Source: the human T2T-CHM13v2.0 reference genome, Homo sapiens
NCBI RefSeq assembly: GCF_009914755.1
Contig: NC_060934.1
DNA length: 64,000 nt
Strand: one strand, 5' to 3'
Shown piece by piece: positions 13,698 through 30,479 of the stretch. A program made the position numbers and the translations under genes. The notes beneath the pieces were generated by a model, which searched no databases, had not been told where the DNA came from, and worked only from the letters and a program-made list of their open reading frames with translations. Numbering within the stretch: position 1 is the stretch's first letter; every line of letters begins with the position of its first letter.

Positions 13698-15281
13698 GGA
13701 GAGAGAGGGAGAAAAAGAGAGGGCGAGAGGGGGAAAAGAAACAGGGGGTTAGAGAAAGAAGAGAGAGAGATGGAGATCCCTTTAAACAAAAGACAAGAGG
13801 CCTGAGCTGGGGCCTGGAGCTGTCCCCGGAGCCTGCTCTGCCCCGCAGACCCTGCGGTCTCCAGGCCCGGTAGGCTTTTTCAGGTTCCGCAGGCCTGGCC
13901 GAACCGGCCAGATCCCGCGTTCCAAGCGTCTGGAGAACTGGAGACAAAGCCCAAGATCCAATCCCACCGCAGAGCGGCTCAAGCCGGCGCCCGGGACCCG
14001 CGGGCCTAGGCGCGACCCCCAGCAGCCTGTGACCGAAGAGGGGAGCCCGGGACCCCTCCGCCTCTCCGCAGCCCTCTCGGGCGGGGTCCCCCAGGCCCGC
14101 CCGGTTCCCCCTGCCGCACTCAGCCAGCTGCTTTTGGAGGCCTGCGAGTTCCAAACACGCCTTCCCATTAATTAAAACCTGGAAAGCCTGGCCACTTTCT
14201 TCTCAGGCCGAGGCAGCATCTCCAGAGGTCCCCGCGGCACTCTCGGCCGGCAACGGCTCCCGCGCGGGGCCTTGGAGGCCGAGCGGCCATTTACTGCCCT
14301 GTGATTGCGCCGAGGACCAGGTTAGCTCATAAAGCCTTTCACACTCAACAATGGGGATTTTCTCAACAATTAACAAGAAACAACATAATAAAGCCATTTA
14401 CAAAGACCTTGCTATTTACTATAAATTAGGCACTCTTTAAGAGACCAGTGCGTAATTTCACACACTTTACAACTGGGGCTGCATTTTAAACACCCGGGAA
14501 AACAAGCTTGTTGCACTTTCCTGTGACCTAGCTGCGGTGCACCTCTGTTTCCCCTCTTCCCCGGTAGCAGCTTTGTTTGCATTGCTGCACTCCAACCTCC
14601 CCAACCGAGGGTGGCTTTCCAGGTCACTCTCTCACGTTTCCCGTTTCCAGGCCATCATTCCCCTTGCAGATGCACGGAGAGGTTCCCAGGGATGGGGACC
14701 ACGCGCCAAACCCAGCCAGCCGGGCCTCATCCCATTCCTCCCACTGTGGGAGTTGCGCCCGGCCCTGCCTGCGCCCCCCGCGCCCTCCCCAACACCCAGG
14801 GCCTCTGGTCTTGAACCACTTCCCAGAAGGCGTTCGCGGCCACACTGGCCCAGGGGAAAGCCCCAACCCTTTGCCACTGGCGATCCACACGCGCCTTTTG
14901 GAGGCCTTGGCCAGCCCTCCGCCCAATGCGAAGAGCTGGGCCCCATTTGCCTGGGGAGCGGAGATGAGGCCTGGGCGAGAAGGTGAGAAACGGCGAGGCT
15001 GCGTGTGCGTGTGCCAGGGTGGGCGATGACTTCGGGACACACAAAAGGAGCGCCAAGTTGAGGGGAGGCGTTCCAGGCCCCGAGGGCCGGCCCCCGCGCG
15101 CCCTGCGCCCCCCGCTCGCCCCTGGCCTGGCCCCAAGGCCGACTGGCCGAGAGGCTGCTCGGGAGGTGCCGCGGCGCTGGCCCTGCCGCTCGCCCCGGGG
15201 GTCGACATCGTCACCCATTCAGAGGACAGCAAGATCTGGGCGGGAAAACAAAAGTCACAAAGAAATTTGTTTGCCACCATG

Positions 15282-15293
15282 CAAAATGGCGGC
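15282..15293 (+). promoter_or_regulatory. YY1 consensus site
   Basis: CAAAATGGCGGC matches CAANATGGCGGC. Confidence 0.6.
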
Positions 15294-15876
15294 ACTTAAA
15301 CATCTTTCTTGTGGTGGTGGCCCGGCCCAGAGAGCCCGGAGCTGCCCTAGGTTTAGCGCGGTGCGCCCTAGAGCTCGGCGGCCTGGGGCAAGCGAGGGGG
15401 AAAGGGACCCTGAAACCCCTGCGGCCCCCAAGCCGGCCCTTAGCCCGCAGCCCATCGCGCGATCAGCCGGCCCCTGCCTTCCTTCCCAGCCCGCCAAGCC
15501 CCTAGCCCGCGCCAGCAGCCCCCGGCCACTGACCGCTGTTTACAAACACAGCCTGGGGGTGGGGTGGGCCGGCCGGAGCGCGGGCTGGCGGGGTGGGGGC
15601 GGCCGCGCGCCCCGGAGGACGCCACCAGCAGAGAGGAACGAGGAGTTGGTGCGAGAGAGCGGGCTCGGCAGCTGGAAAGGACTGAACGCCTTGTTTTTGA
15701 AACTGTCAATTCCCTCAACCCCTATTGTGAGGGCTTCATGCAAAACATCTCAGGCCTTTTAAAGTAGGAGCTTGTGAGGCCGCCACAGTTTGAAAAGAAG
15801 CGAGAGAGGAGCGGGGGCCCAGGGCATGGGCGAAGAATGATAGCTGGGCCCCCCTAAGCCCTCCCCACGTACTCTG

Positions 15877-15907
<31 letters not shown>

Positions 15908-18612
15908 AAAGGAGGGCCTGCCAAACAGGTAAAATGCAGCCCTCCCCCACCTCCTAGATCTGCCCTATGTCCCCATCCCCCAGGCTAGTTTGCAAAATGC
16001 CCTTTGGCCTAGGGAGCAAACCAAAACCAAAGCTAGCATCAAAAATAGTTTTTCCTTACAGGGAAGGGGAGAATCCTGGTATGATTGGGGTGACCGGGTG
16101 GACTCGCTAAGGTGGATGCCCTGTTCCTCCTTGCCAATTTCCTGAGGTTAGTTGATGGGAAGCATTTTTTTCCCCCTTTCCTAGTTTGGCTCTGGGAACT
16201 CCTTTTTACAACCTTCCCAGCAGGAAGTTATTTTTAAGGTGAAGCAAAACTCACCACATTTTCTTTATTTTTTAGATGCTAATGCTTATTAAAAAAAAAA
16301 AAAAAACAACAACTTTACCATGAAGGATTTTTGTTTTTGCTCTTTGAAAGAAAAAAAATGCTTTTGAGGAATTAGTTTCTACATCTCTTCCTGCATGCAA
16401 ACAAAACTGTCATTTTCATATCAGCAGAAACTCCCAATTCTTGTTGATTAGAACTTTGAGGAATTTCTAGACCATTGAAAGTCGCCCAGACACAGAAAAG
16501 ATAAAAATCCAACACCAGCCCCATGTAGTTTGTGTTATTGTTGTTTAGTGGTGGCTCCTTGTTGATTTTCAAATAAACAACCATTATTGAGATTACTCCA
16601 CTGTAATCAAGTAAGCCAGTAGAAAAGAACACCCACTTTAAAAAGTAAATAGTGGAAAAAGAGCAAGCTGCATTTTCTATAAAGGCGGATAACCTGACTG
16701 TGGAAGACAGAGTACACACACCTCTTAAAAAAATATTTAAATTTTCATTTCACAGTCTTATCAGGAAATTACTTTTATAGGAGACCAAAAATAAGTTTGT
16801 TAACCCAAAAAGTTAGAAAAAGAGCCTTTTCCTGCTTTTTTTCCTCATGTCTGTAAATGTTGGACTTTAGACACAGGAATCAGTCACCCTGGAGTCATAT
16901 AGTGCTTGTTTTTTTGTTTGTTTTTAATTCTATGCCCTGAAAACATCTAAATGTAAAAATGTAATCTATCAATGGAGGTAACTTGTTTTTTTCTCAATAA
17001 GGCTTAACTTTCTGAACAAATGGGACATTTATAGCAGCTTAGAAAAGTCTAGATATTGTCATTAATCATAAAACAACCAAAATAATATAAACAGTACTGA
17101 GAATAATTCCCATATCAGAATGGGGAAACAACTAAGGGGCTAGCAGGAATTGAAAGAATACCTTGTATTTGCAAGTTACTGCATACTATTTGGTACACTT
17201 TCCTTACAGAAGCCCTAACTCAGGTTTTGCTGTGGTTGGCTGGCTTATGGTAGTACTGTGGGGTGAAATTTGTGTTGACTATTTAATTTCTTTCCTTTTG
17301 ATGGTATCACTCTGGAAAGCCTCGGCCTCCATGCTGTTCATTCTCCAGCTCCTATAAACTGAAACTATTGATTCTCTGAGGGTTAGAGACTAAGTGTCAA
17401 AGCTGGAGGCCAATATTTTATGTCAGAAATTCCACAGGGTATATTTGTTTTAAATTGTGCTTATTCCATCTTACAGTCCTTCCACATCCAAGATCTGTAG
17501 ACTTCAAATTTATTCTCACTTTATAATTTAGGAACAATGAGTCCTTAGCCAACAAGAGAAGTACTAGTCTGCGTGTAGTAGTCACCGTACTTTGAACTTT
17601 CTTAACTTAGAAGTAATTAAAGAGTAGAAATTACACTCTTCCAATGTGTGTGTCACACTTTTTACAGATTGATTTTTCAGGACAACTTACTGCACCTAAA
17701 TTCTGTATTGCTTTCCAAAGAGGAAAGAACTGAGATTATGAAGCCAATTGTTTAGCTTTCTGGGGCTTTAACTATAACATGGACTGGTCTTTGGAATTAT
17801 ATACAAACAAGAATTCAAGGATACCATCCCCAAATTTTCACTTTGACCATATCTACCATTCCAATAAAAAAGAATCCAGTGAACCTACACCTGGCATGGC
17901 AACATTCAAGAAGGAAAGGAAGGAAGGTAGTTGAAAGCATCTGTTTACTCCATCCAAATGTATTTGGATGCAGGTATTCTCAGCCTCGGTCCTTTACAAT
18001 AAGAGGAAAACCACAGAGCATATTCAGCAATTAGGGGCTGAGGCCATCCAGATCTAACTGAAACATTTATAGACAAAAGGAAAATTTCAAAGGGAATAGG
18101 AACTAAAAGGTTAAGGAAAAACAAAAACAATAGACTGAATTTCCATGAGAAATAGTGACTTAAATTCACACAGTAAACATTTCATTGGTGTTTTGTTTTG
18201 TTTTGTGATTTATGATCTATAGATGCAACTTCTTAGATTCAAGATAGCAAGGATCTGAGATACATAATTTGTCAGACTAAAGGAGGTGGGCCAGAAATTA
18301 TTAGATTCAACTTTCATTAAAAAAATCACTGATCTCTGCTTCACTTTCTTAAGCCTGAAACTTTTCCTACTTGATGTGTAACAAGTTTGTAAAGTTTTGT
18401 TCTTGCTTGGAAAGAAATCCACCAGTGTTCTGCACAGAACCTGACTGGCCTCGTCACATAGTATTACAACAAAACACTACACCCAATAAATGCATTTCTT
18501 TCAGGCAAAAACATTACAAGTGAAAATGTCAACAAAACCATTCAATCCTGTTAACCGTTCTTCAATCTGGAATAAGTAGAAATGTATGGAACCAGGAATT
18601 TTAAACAGTGTT

Positions 18613-18618
18613 TTTAAT
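18613..18618 (-). terminator. Putative distal polyadenylation signal ATTAAA of SKIDA1
   Basis: tttaat on the plus strand, ~1.6 kb after the stop. Confidence 0.5.
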
Positions 18619-19053
18619 TGAAAATAAAGCTAAAGCATGCTTTTCAACAGTGCAAATTTCCATAATTTTGATTTACTGCTTCCATCATCACAACACAGTA
18701 CACCAGCATGGCCCTTACCCAGGGCTAGACCCTAGCATTTGCATGTTGAACTACTTTGATTTTAAGTGCAAATATAGATAGTCACCTCTGATTGTCACTT
18801 GCAGTAGAAACTCTCCTGCTCTATACACAGGATGGTCTGAAAACACAAGTTTTAGAGAGATGCAGAAAAAGTATAAGGTCATAAAATCCAAGTGCCTGAG
18901 TTCTGGTACCAAAAAGCCCTGAAAAAACTGTTATTTTTCATTTGGGGTATTGCAACTCTGACCCCTCATTTTCTTTTTCTTGGTTGTATTTACTGATTTG
19001 TCACTATCAAGAGTTCGGCCATGAAATATTCTGCTATTACGAGAAATATTTCA

Positions 19054-19431
<378 letters not shown>

Positions 19432-20218
19432 TCACCTTATTTAAAACCTTTGGGTGAGAACACAAAACAGACTTTTCCTGTTGCAAAGGAGTGGCTTTAA
19501 AAGTAAAATCACACCCTTTACAAAAAAAATACAATTCCGTATTTATTTTACTCAGTATGTATGAGGCAGCTTTTACTAGCATTTAATCAGGACTCACACC
19601 CCAATCTTTCCACTAAAAAAAAAAAAAAAAAAGTTAAGTGCAACTACTCTTGGAGAGGGAATAAGGGGAGTCAAAAGAAAAAGATACCCCACAAACAAGA
19701 GCTCCAGAAAATAACATTTTGGGCTCACAGAAACTTCTTGCTACCTCACCTCACCTCACTGTGTAACCATGTAACCTAACAAACTTTCACTGAATTAACA
19801 GTTACACTTTCAGCTCTGAAATCTAGTGCATAAACTTAATGGCTCATTGTAATATTTATTATTCAACCTTTTGACATTTATTTGTAGCAGTTGAATTGAG
19901 GTACCGGGTGCATTATTAGCATCGAAACAGTAAAGTGTTCCAGCTCTACCGTAATAACTGAGTTTTACTTGAGTCTTTAGCCTGAAGTAGTCTGTGGAAT
20001 GTAAACCAACCCTTCTCCCACCCCGCCCCCACCCTACTCCAGAAAAAAAAAAAAAAACCCGCAACGGAAAAAAAGTAATCCGATTTCTGTCTTCAAAATG
20101 CGATAAACCAGGACTCCAAAGGGGGTGTAACACATTAATGGACTTGTACAAACCATCCTGTGCAGTTTACAACAAAAGGAAGGTAATATGGTTCAAGAAA
20201 ATATCTTCCAAAACATTT

Positions 20219-24788
<4,570 letters not shown>

Positions 24789-26188
24789 CTGCAAGAAAAA
24801 AATTATACAGTAATTTCTTTTTTCACATTCAAAAGTCCCAGCTTCCCCTGCTCTGGTCTGGATGGCACGAGCAGGTATGGCTCAAAAAAGAAAACAAAGA
24901 TAAAAACTGAGGAATCAGACATACAAAAAGGTAGTTTGCCTGACAAGATGAAATCTCGGCCATAATTCCCCACCCCCACCCTCATCTCCTTTGTAATTTC
25001 CCAGGAATTTTGAAAAGAATTGGGAATTTCAAGAAGTGCATCCGGAAATTAAGGAAGTCTATTTAAGAGAGTCTGTAACTCAGGAGGTTGGGATTTGAAA
25101 AGTCAGCCCCTGAACTACTGTTGCACTCAGCACAGATGTAATCGCCGCTCTTCAACTTAATCAATGTATGTACAAACCGCGATGTCTAGTTCTTGCCTTT
25201 GAAATCTAAGGCTAGCATTTCCATCCAAGAAATCAGAGCTACAGCAAATTACATTTTTGTCCCTTGAATGAAAGAAGGATCATTGAATGGATCTCGTGAT
25301 ATTTCAGGCTTTAAACGTAACCGAGAGGCAGCAATGAACAATGCCTCGTCACAGCTAATACCATCCAGCGAGTTGGCTTTCTTTTGCATCTGGATCTATT
25401 ACACCGTGTTTTTCTCTTTCACTTTCACAGGAGACAAAATGCACAAGGTTTAGGCAGAAAGCGAAGTTTCCAGGAAAAGCAGATGCTGGTGTTTGTTTTT
25501 AAAAGTAGAATGACCAGAGTCTTTCTATTGCCAGCAACAATAATGTCGTTTTAAAATTCCTTCTGATGCACTTATATAGTACTGCCAGCCCTCGCCCTCC
25601 CACCCCCACCCCTGCCCATTCCCCTCCCCCAGCTTTAAGAATTAGACCAAAGAGTCAGCCAAGAAATAGTAAACTCAGAAAAAGCTTTTGAGAAGACAGT
25701 ACAAAAGGTTGGCTAGAGCATCCTTTTTTTTTTTTCTCCAGGTAGTTTTAGTTGTTCTCCATTCCTGTTTATATTTCCTCTCTCTCTCTCTCTCTCCTAG
25801 TCCTCCTACACATAGCAACATGATTTAGTAGCTATTTCAAAACTACCTTCTTTTCCTCTCTCTTCCTCTCTTTCCACCTTTAAAATATTGGCAATATAGG
25901 TGGTTTTGAAAACTAGTAGCATATTAAGTTATTTTTTTTTAACTAAGGGCATAATCTGTTGGGTGAAATAGAGAAAAATAAAGGCTAGGGAATTTGAGAA
26001 ATGTGTCTATATAGACTTTGTGCAAGTATCTCTATATGTACACTCAGACACCTTTACACTTATACATTTTTAATACTACTATTACACATCTTTCTTCGTG
26101 TCTAATACATTCTTTTGTTCCTTTAACTTCCCCATCCTTGTGTGTATGTGTGTGTTAGGCTCCAGCACTCTTGCTTGAATGAGTGCAT

Positions 26189-26189
<1 letters not shown>

Positions 26190-26229
<40 letters not shown>
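26190..26229. repeat. (CA)20 microsatellite in a SKIDA1 intron
   Basis: Uninterrupted CA run. Confidence 0.98.
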
Positions 26230-26235
<6 letters not shown>

Positions 26236-26529
26236 GAATGTGACAGACAGCTTTCTTGGGCCATCAGCACACGTTGCATATCCGGGGTCTTCTCCAGGCA
26301 CATTGGGGGTCGATCCCGATAAAAAGATCTAGCAGAGGCCCCTGAGCGCTCACACATGAAAGGCAGGGGACTTTAAGATGGATTTGCATGCACACCGGGG
26401 ATTTCGATCAATAGCTACCAACATTTATGGCTTAGATTATTAATGTGAAAGCTGGCCAAAAGAATGGGGATGAAAAATTAAAGGTGTCTGTTATCAATTA
26501 TGCTTAAAGTTATGCAATAATTTACTTAC

Positions 26530-26621
26530 TTTGCCTGATGTGCAGATCCAGATGTATAAAGTACTATTCTTCAAAAGCCAGGGGGTTTCTTTGATAAATT
26601 TGTTGACCATGTCAGCTGACT
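26530..26621 (-). other. SKIDA1: Predicted SKIDA1 5'UTR exon 3 (92 nt)
   Basis: Donor aaa|GTAAGT at 26529; acceptor catctttgattgtAG| at 26623-26622 (an alternative AG at 26658-26657 is possible). Confidence 0.55.
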
Positions 26622-28812
26622 CTACAATCAAAGATGAACCCAATTCAGATAATGGACTGTATTCAAATTTTTTTAAGAAAAGATATATCAACTTCTATGT
26701 TTCTCAAATGCAAGTACATATGTAGATAGATATGTCCAAATTAACATTTATATATATATATCCTTCTCTGTGGGTCCAGGAAATTATTGTGAATTTAGGC
26801 ACATGTATGATATGCATTGAGTTTAATTAAATGTGATTATTTACTCAGTGAGGAATGCCTAATCTACACACTATTGTAAAAAGTGCTTTAGCTTTGAAAA
26901 CAAAGCTGCTTGCAAAAGGAAAATCCTCTTTAGCAAATAGAGATTGAAATATATTCCTAATGTCCACTTACTTCTGCATTTATTGTAAAAAATCAGCACT
27001 TTCAGTTTTTAAAGTGAAGGGCCATGAAAATATGAACATATTTGTCTTTACTTATCCCATATGAATGTGCTAGATTTACCTTTAGATGCTCTATTTTGAT
27101 TTATTTTCACTGTATTTTATGTTTCAATACCATTGCAATTCAGTCTGACCTCTTTCCTCTGGAGCGAAGTAATGCACACGGCATTTACAGTCTTTTAAAT
27201 GGTTAGCTGGGAAATGCAATAGCAATTTGCAGGAGTAGTTTACTAATGGGGAAAGTTCTTTTGAAAACCTGAAGGAAAACCTAAGAGTACTTTTGCATTT
27301 CTACACTACAACTGTCATATAATTAAAGTATTGAAGAGCATTAAAATAATCCTTTTCCTTCCAAGCTTTCACCCATACATACATAATTTAAATGAGGATC
27401 ACAGCCACCCCCCCCCCCCCCGCCACCAGCTCTTCACCATATACGTTTGTTTTAGTGATTGCTGGGCACATTTTGTTCAAAGTGAATTCAGACAGAAAAG
27501 AGTAAGGAACATCACAAAGGCCTCAACAATGTAAGTATGCTGGTTAAAAGAATAAAAGCCCCTTGTGCTATTAACTAAAAGTAACTATAATATTCACAAG
27601 ATAAAAGTTTAAAATAATAATAAAGTCTCATATGGCTGAATTAGTTGAGGATATAAGACAATAAAATCTCAACAGTTCTTTAGCTAAATTTATCTAATAT
27701 CACATCTTCTCTGCTTTTTGGGATGGGAAAATGGGAATGAAGGAGTAGAAAATGGCTAAATTGAGAAACAAATGATAACTTAGTATATTTCCTTTAATTT
27801 TTTTTCTTTCTGGTTCATTTGAACAAATCAGGGTAAGTCTCCAAAAGGGCCCATCCCTCTGTTCTTAGGCATTTAAAAACCCTGTCTTTAACAGAAGTTT
27901 GGGACACAGGGTATATGCCATGTTGTCTACTGACCCATAATCAAAATGCAGTGACCTTCTACCCTTTTTTTGCCCCCTGACCCATCTTGAATTCAATGCA
28001 GCCTTTATAAATTTGCAAATCCTTGGAGGTAAAGGGGTTTTTGTGAGGCTTTGTTCTGAAAAAGCCCTAAGAGTGTGCTTTCTAAATTAGACAAAGGTAA
28101 AGCAACAAATCCTAGTGGATGAGATTTTACACAGGTGAGCAATAGGCACCTCCAGATAACATATATTGCAAGCTAAAAACCAGTTATAAACATAGGAGAC
28201 AAGGAGGTTATAGATTGCATCAAATTAGAGTGAGGTACAAATCACTTTCATGATGTAAGAAACGGCTAGGCCACAATCTTCCTGCTCTTCTCATCTCAAG
28301 GGCTGTGGGGGACCCTAGTGACCAAGGAAGGAATGGGGTGGGGGGAAGGGGGCAGGGAGGAAAAGAAAGGAGTGAGACTTGATCTGAATCTGTGGGCACA
28401 TTCCCTTATCTTTCCTGCTATCAGCCAGTTTAAAGGACACCATAATTATGATGGTGATAAAACAATGCCTGCTTATGTGTGCTGAATAAATAAAGAATGT
28501 TTACAGCTCAAGAATCTTTTAATTCCAATTAAATGCTATCAAAGAAAAGCCACTTTTCCTACTGCAACCGCCTTTCCCCCCAATTATCTTGTTTTGTTGT
28601 AATATTTTCCTATGAGACACATGGGCCTTTCACAATTGATCCTGAATGCAAAAGAAAAAAAATCAGAGAAAGTAGAGTTTGACCTTCAGATATTAAATAA
28701 TACACAAATATCCAGAACCACAATTTGTTAGGGTTGCCCAAGTTTTTGTTTATTTTACACAAGGGCCAAACATATAGAGACTGAAGTGGTGACACCAAGT
28801 GTTGAGGCCTAC

Positions 28813-29001
28813 CTATGGGCTGCTCAGCCATACTGAAATCCTGAGCCACCACGAGGGGAGAGAGGAGAGACAAGACATGAGGAGCCTGATGGTCTCTGGA
28901 AAGGGAATCCTCTTCTGGTTCTGTTCCCCTGGCTTCAGCCCAAATCCTTCTGGGAGCACTGGAGCCAATCACTGTCTTTCACTGCTGCAGCTACTGGGAA
29001 C
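28813..29001 (-). other. SKIDA1: Predicted SKIDA1 5'UTR exon 2 (189 nt)
   Basis: Acceptor tctcccgcttttttgtAG|g at 29003-29002; donor tag|GTAGGC at 28812. Confidence 0.65.
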
Positions 29002-29721
29002 CTACAAAAAAGCGGGAGATAAAAAAAAAAAAAAAAAAATCACAAGTTCGAATTTATGGATACACAAGTATCATTTCATATTCATGACATCAGCAAATCA
29101 CATCATAATCAGATTTGAGCAAGGTTTGGACACTAAGACCCAAAAGACTGGACACTCAACACTGACAGTATCACATATTAACCAGAAAATTCGCTTTTTT
29201 GTTATGGAATCATAGGGTGAAAATTAAGTCTTTTAACTTTGAAAAGCTTACTTTTCACTTCTGAGGCCAATTTTTACACTAATAAATTTCAAGTAAACGT
29301 CTCTTTTAAAGTTGTTCCACAACATTTTAATTCAAACTTCTATTTCCTTTCTCAGTTGGGGTAGTGTTTTGTTTGTGTTTTAAAAAAACACATGGCACAA
29401 CAAACGTTATGGAAAACGCACTCATTCCGTTAAATGCCGATACAAACCTGCCTTTTACTACATCTGTCTAAGCAGCGCATTGCTAAGTATAAACTTAAAA
29501 AAATTTTTTTTTCTCAAAGACATATCTATTATTTCTTGGCAAATACTATTTGGTGATGTGGTGCAAAAACACAATGGTAAAAAATTTCGGGGTATTTGTA
29601 AGTTTTCTGGAGAGTTGCAGGCCCCTTTCCTTTTGAAAGTTTAGAGCTCCAATACCCTCAATTCTACTGGCAGAATTAGGATGGACTTAGAGGGTCCTAA
29701 ACGTGACCGATTCACTAAGGC

Positions 29722-29738
29722 GGGGGGGGGGGGGGGGG
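29722..29738. repeat. G17 homopolymer
   Basis: Direct read. Confidence 0.95.
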
Positions 29739-29759
29739 CTACAGCTTGCAGCAACGTGC

Positions 29760-29907
29760 TCTGCAACTTAATCCTACGCTAAAAGAGGGCAGAGAGCGAA
29801 AAAGAATGGAATACAAACTCTCCCGACATCCGTAGTTACTTTCAAGGTGGATTGTGTATTTTAAGGCTGATGGGAACGTCTGGTTTGTGGAGCAAAAAGA
29901 AGAGAAG
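29760..29907 (+). other. MLLT10: Candidate upstream/alternative first exon on the MLLT10 strand (start approximate)
   Basis: Perfect donor AAG|GTAAGT at 29908, downstream of a CpG-containing G17 region. Confidence 0.45.
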
Positions 29908-30479
29908 GTAAGTGTTTGTCCTTGTATCCACCAGTTCGTAGAGAAACAATGAAAGAACAAAGGGAACCACTTCCCCATCTGAACATTTTCTGTATCTCCC
30001 TCCGTTTCAAGCCAAAAAGCTTGGGAAGGGATTCGCTTTACTCTACCTTAAGTAGTGGTTGCTGGCTTGTTGAACTAAGAATGAGAAAAAAGTTGAGAGG
30101 CAGATATAGACTAAATAATAATAAAAAAGGCTTGCTGTGGCGGATCTCCACCGCGCCAGTGTCAGCAACTTGCAGCAGAAGTTGCTCAATGCACGGAGGC
30201 AAAGCCCAAGAAATACCCTTTGCACACCAGATTTCGAACTCAGTCATTTAAATAGACTTTCTTGCTGTTTGAAGGGGTTTCTGCGCACAAAATGTGTAGG
30301 TAGTGGCTATGGGAGAGATGTACTATTTAGGTCGAAAAATGATCTCATGGCTATCTGGAAAAGAATTTTTAAAAAGGAAAGGGGATTCAAGTATCACGTT
30401 ACTGTTTGCTAATAGAAGAAATGGCAGCACTGGCTGGGAAAGGAGAGGGATTCGTATTGAAATGCATTTGCTTTGGGGT

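Larger units (their letters stand above)
13250..15800. promoter_or_regulatory. Intergenic CpG island / enhancer-like region downstream of SKIDA1
   Basis: High GC/CpG with an embedded AT-rich homeodomain/SOX motif block and a YY1 motif. Confidence 0.7.

Noticed and set aside
13552-15762. 200-259 aa ORFs in the orphan CpG island
   Set aside because: GC-driven, include translated microsatellite (THTHTH), no recognisable domain or exon structure
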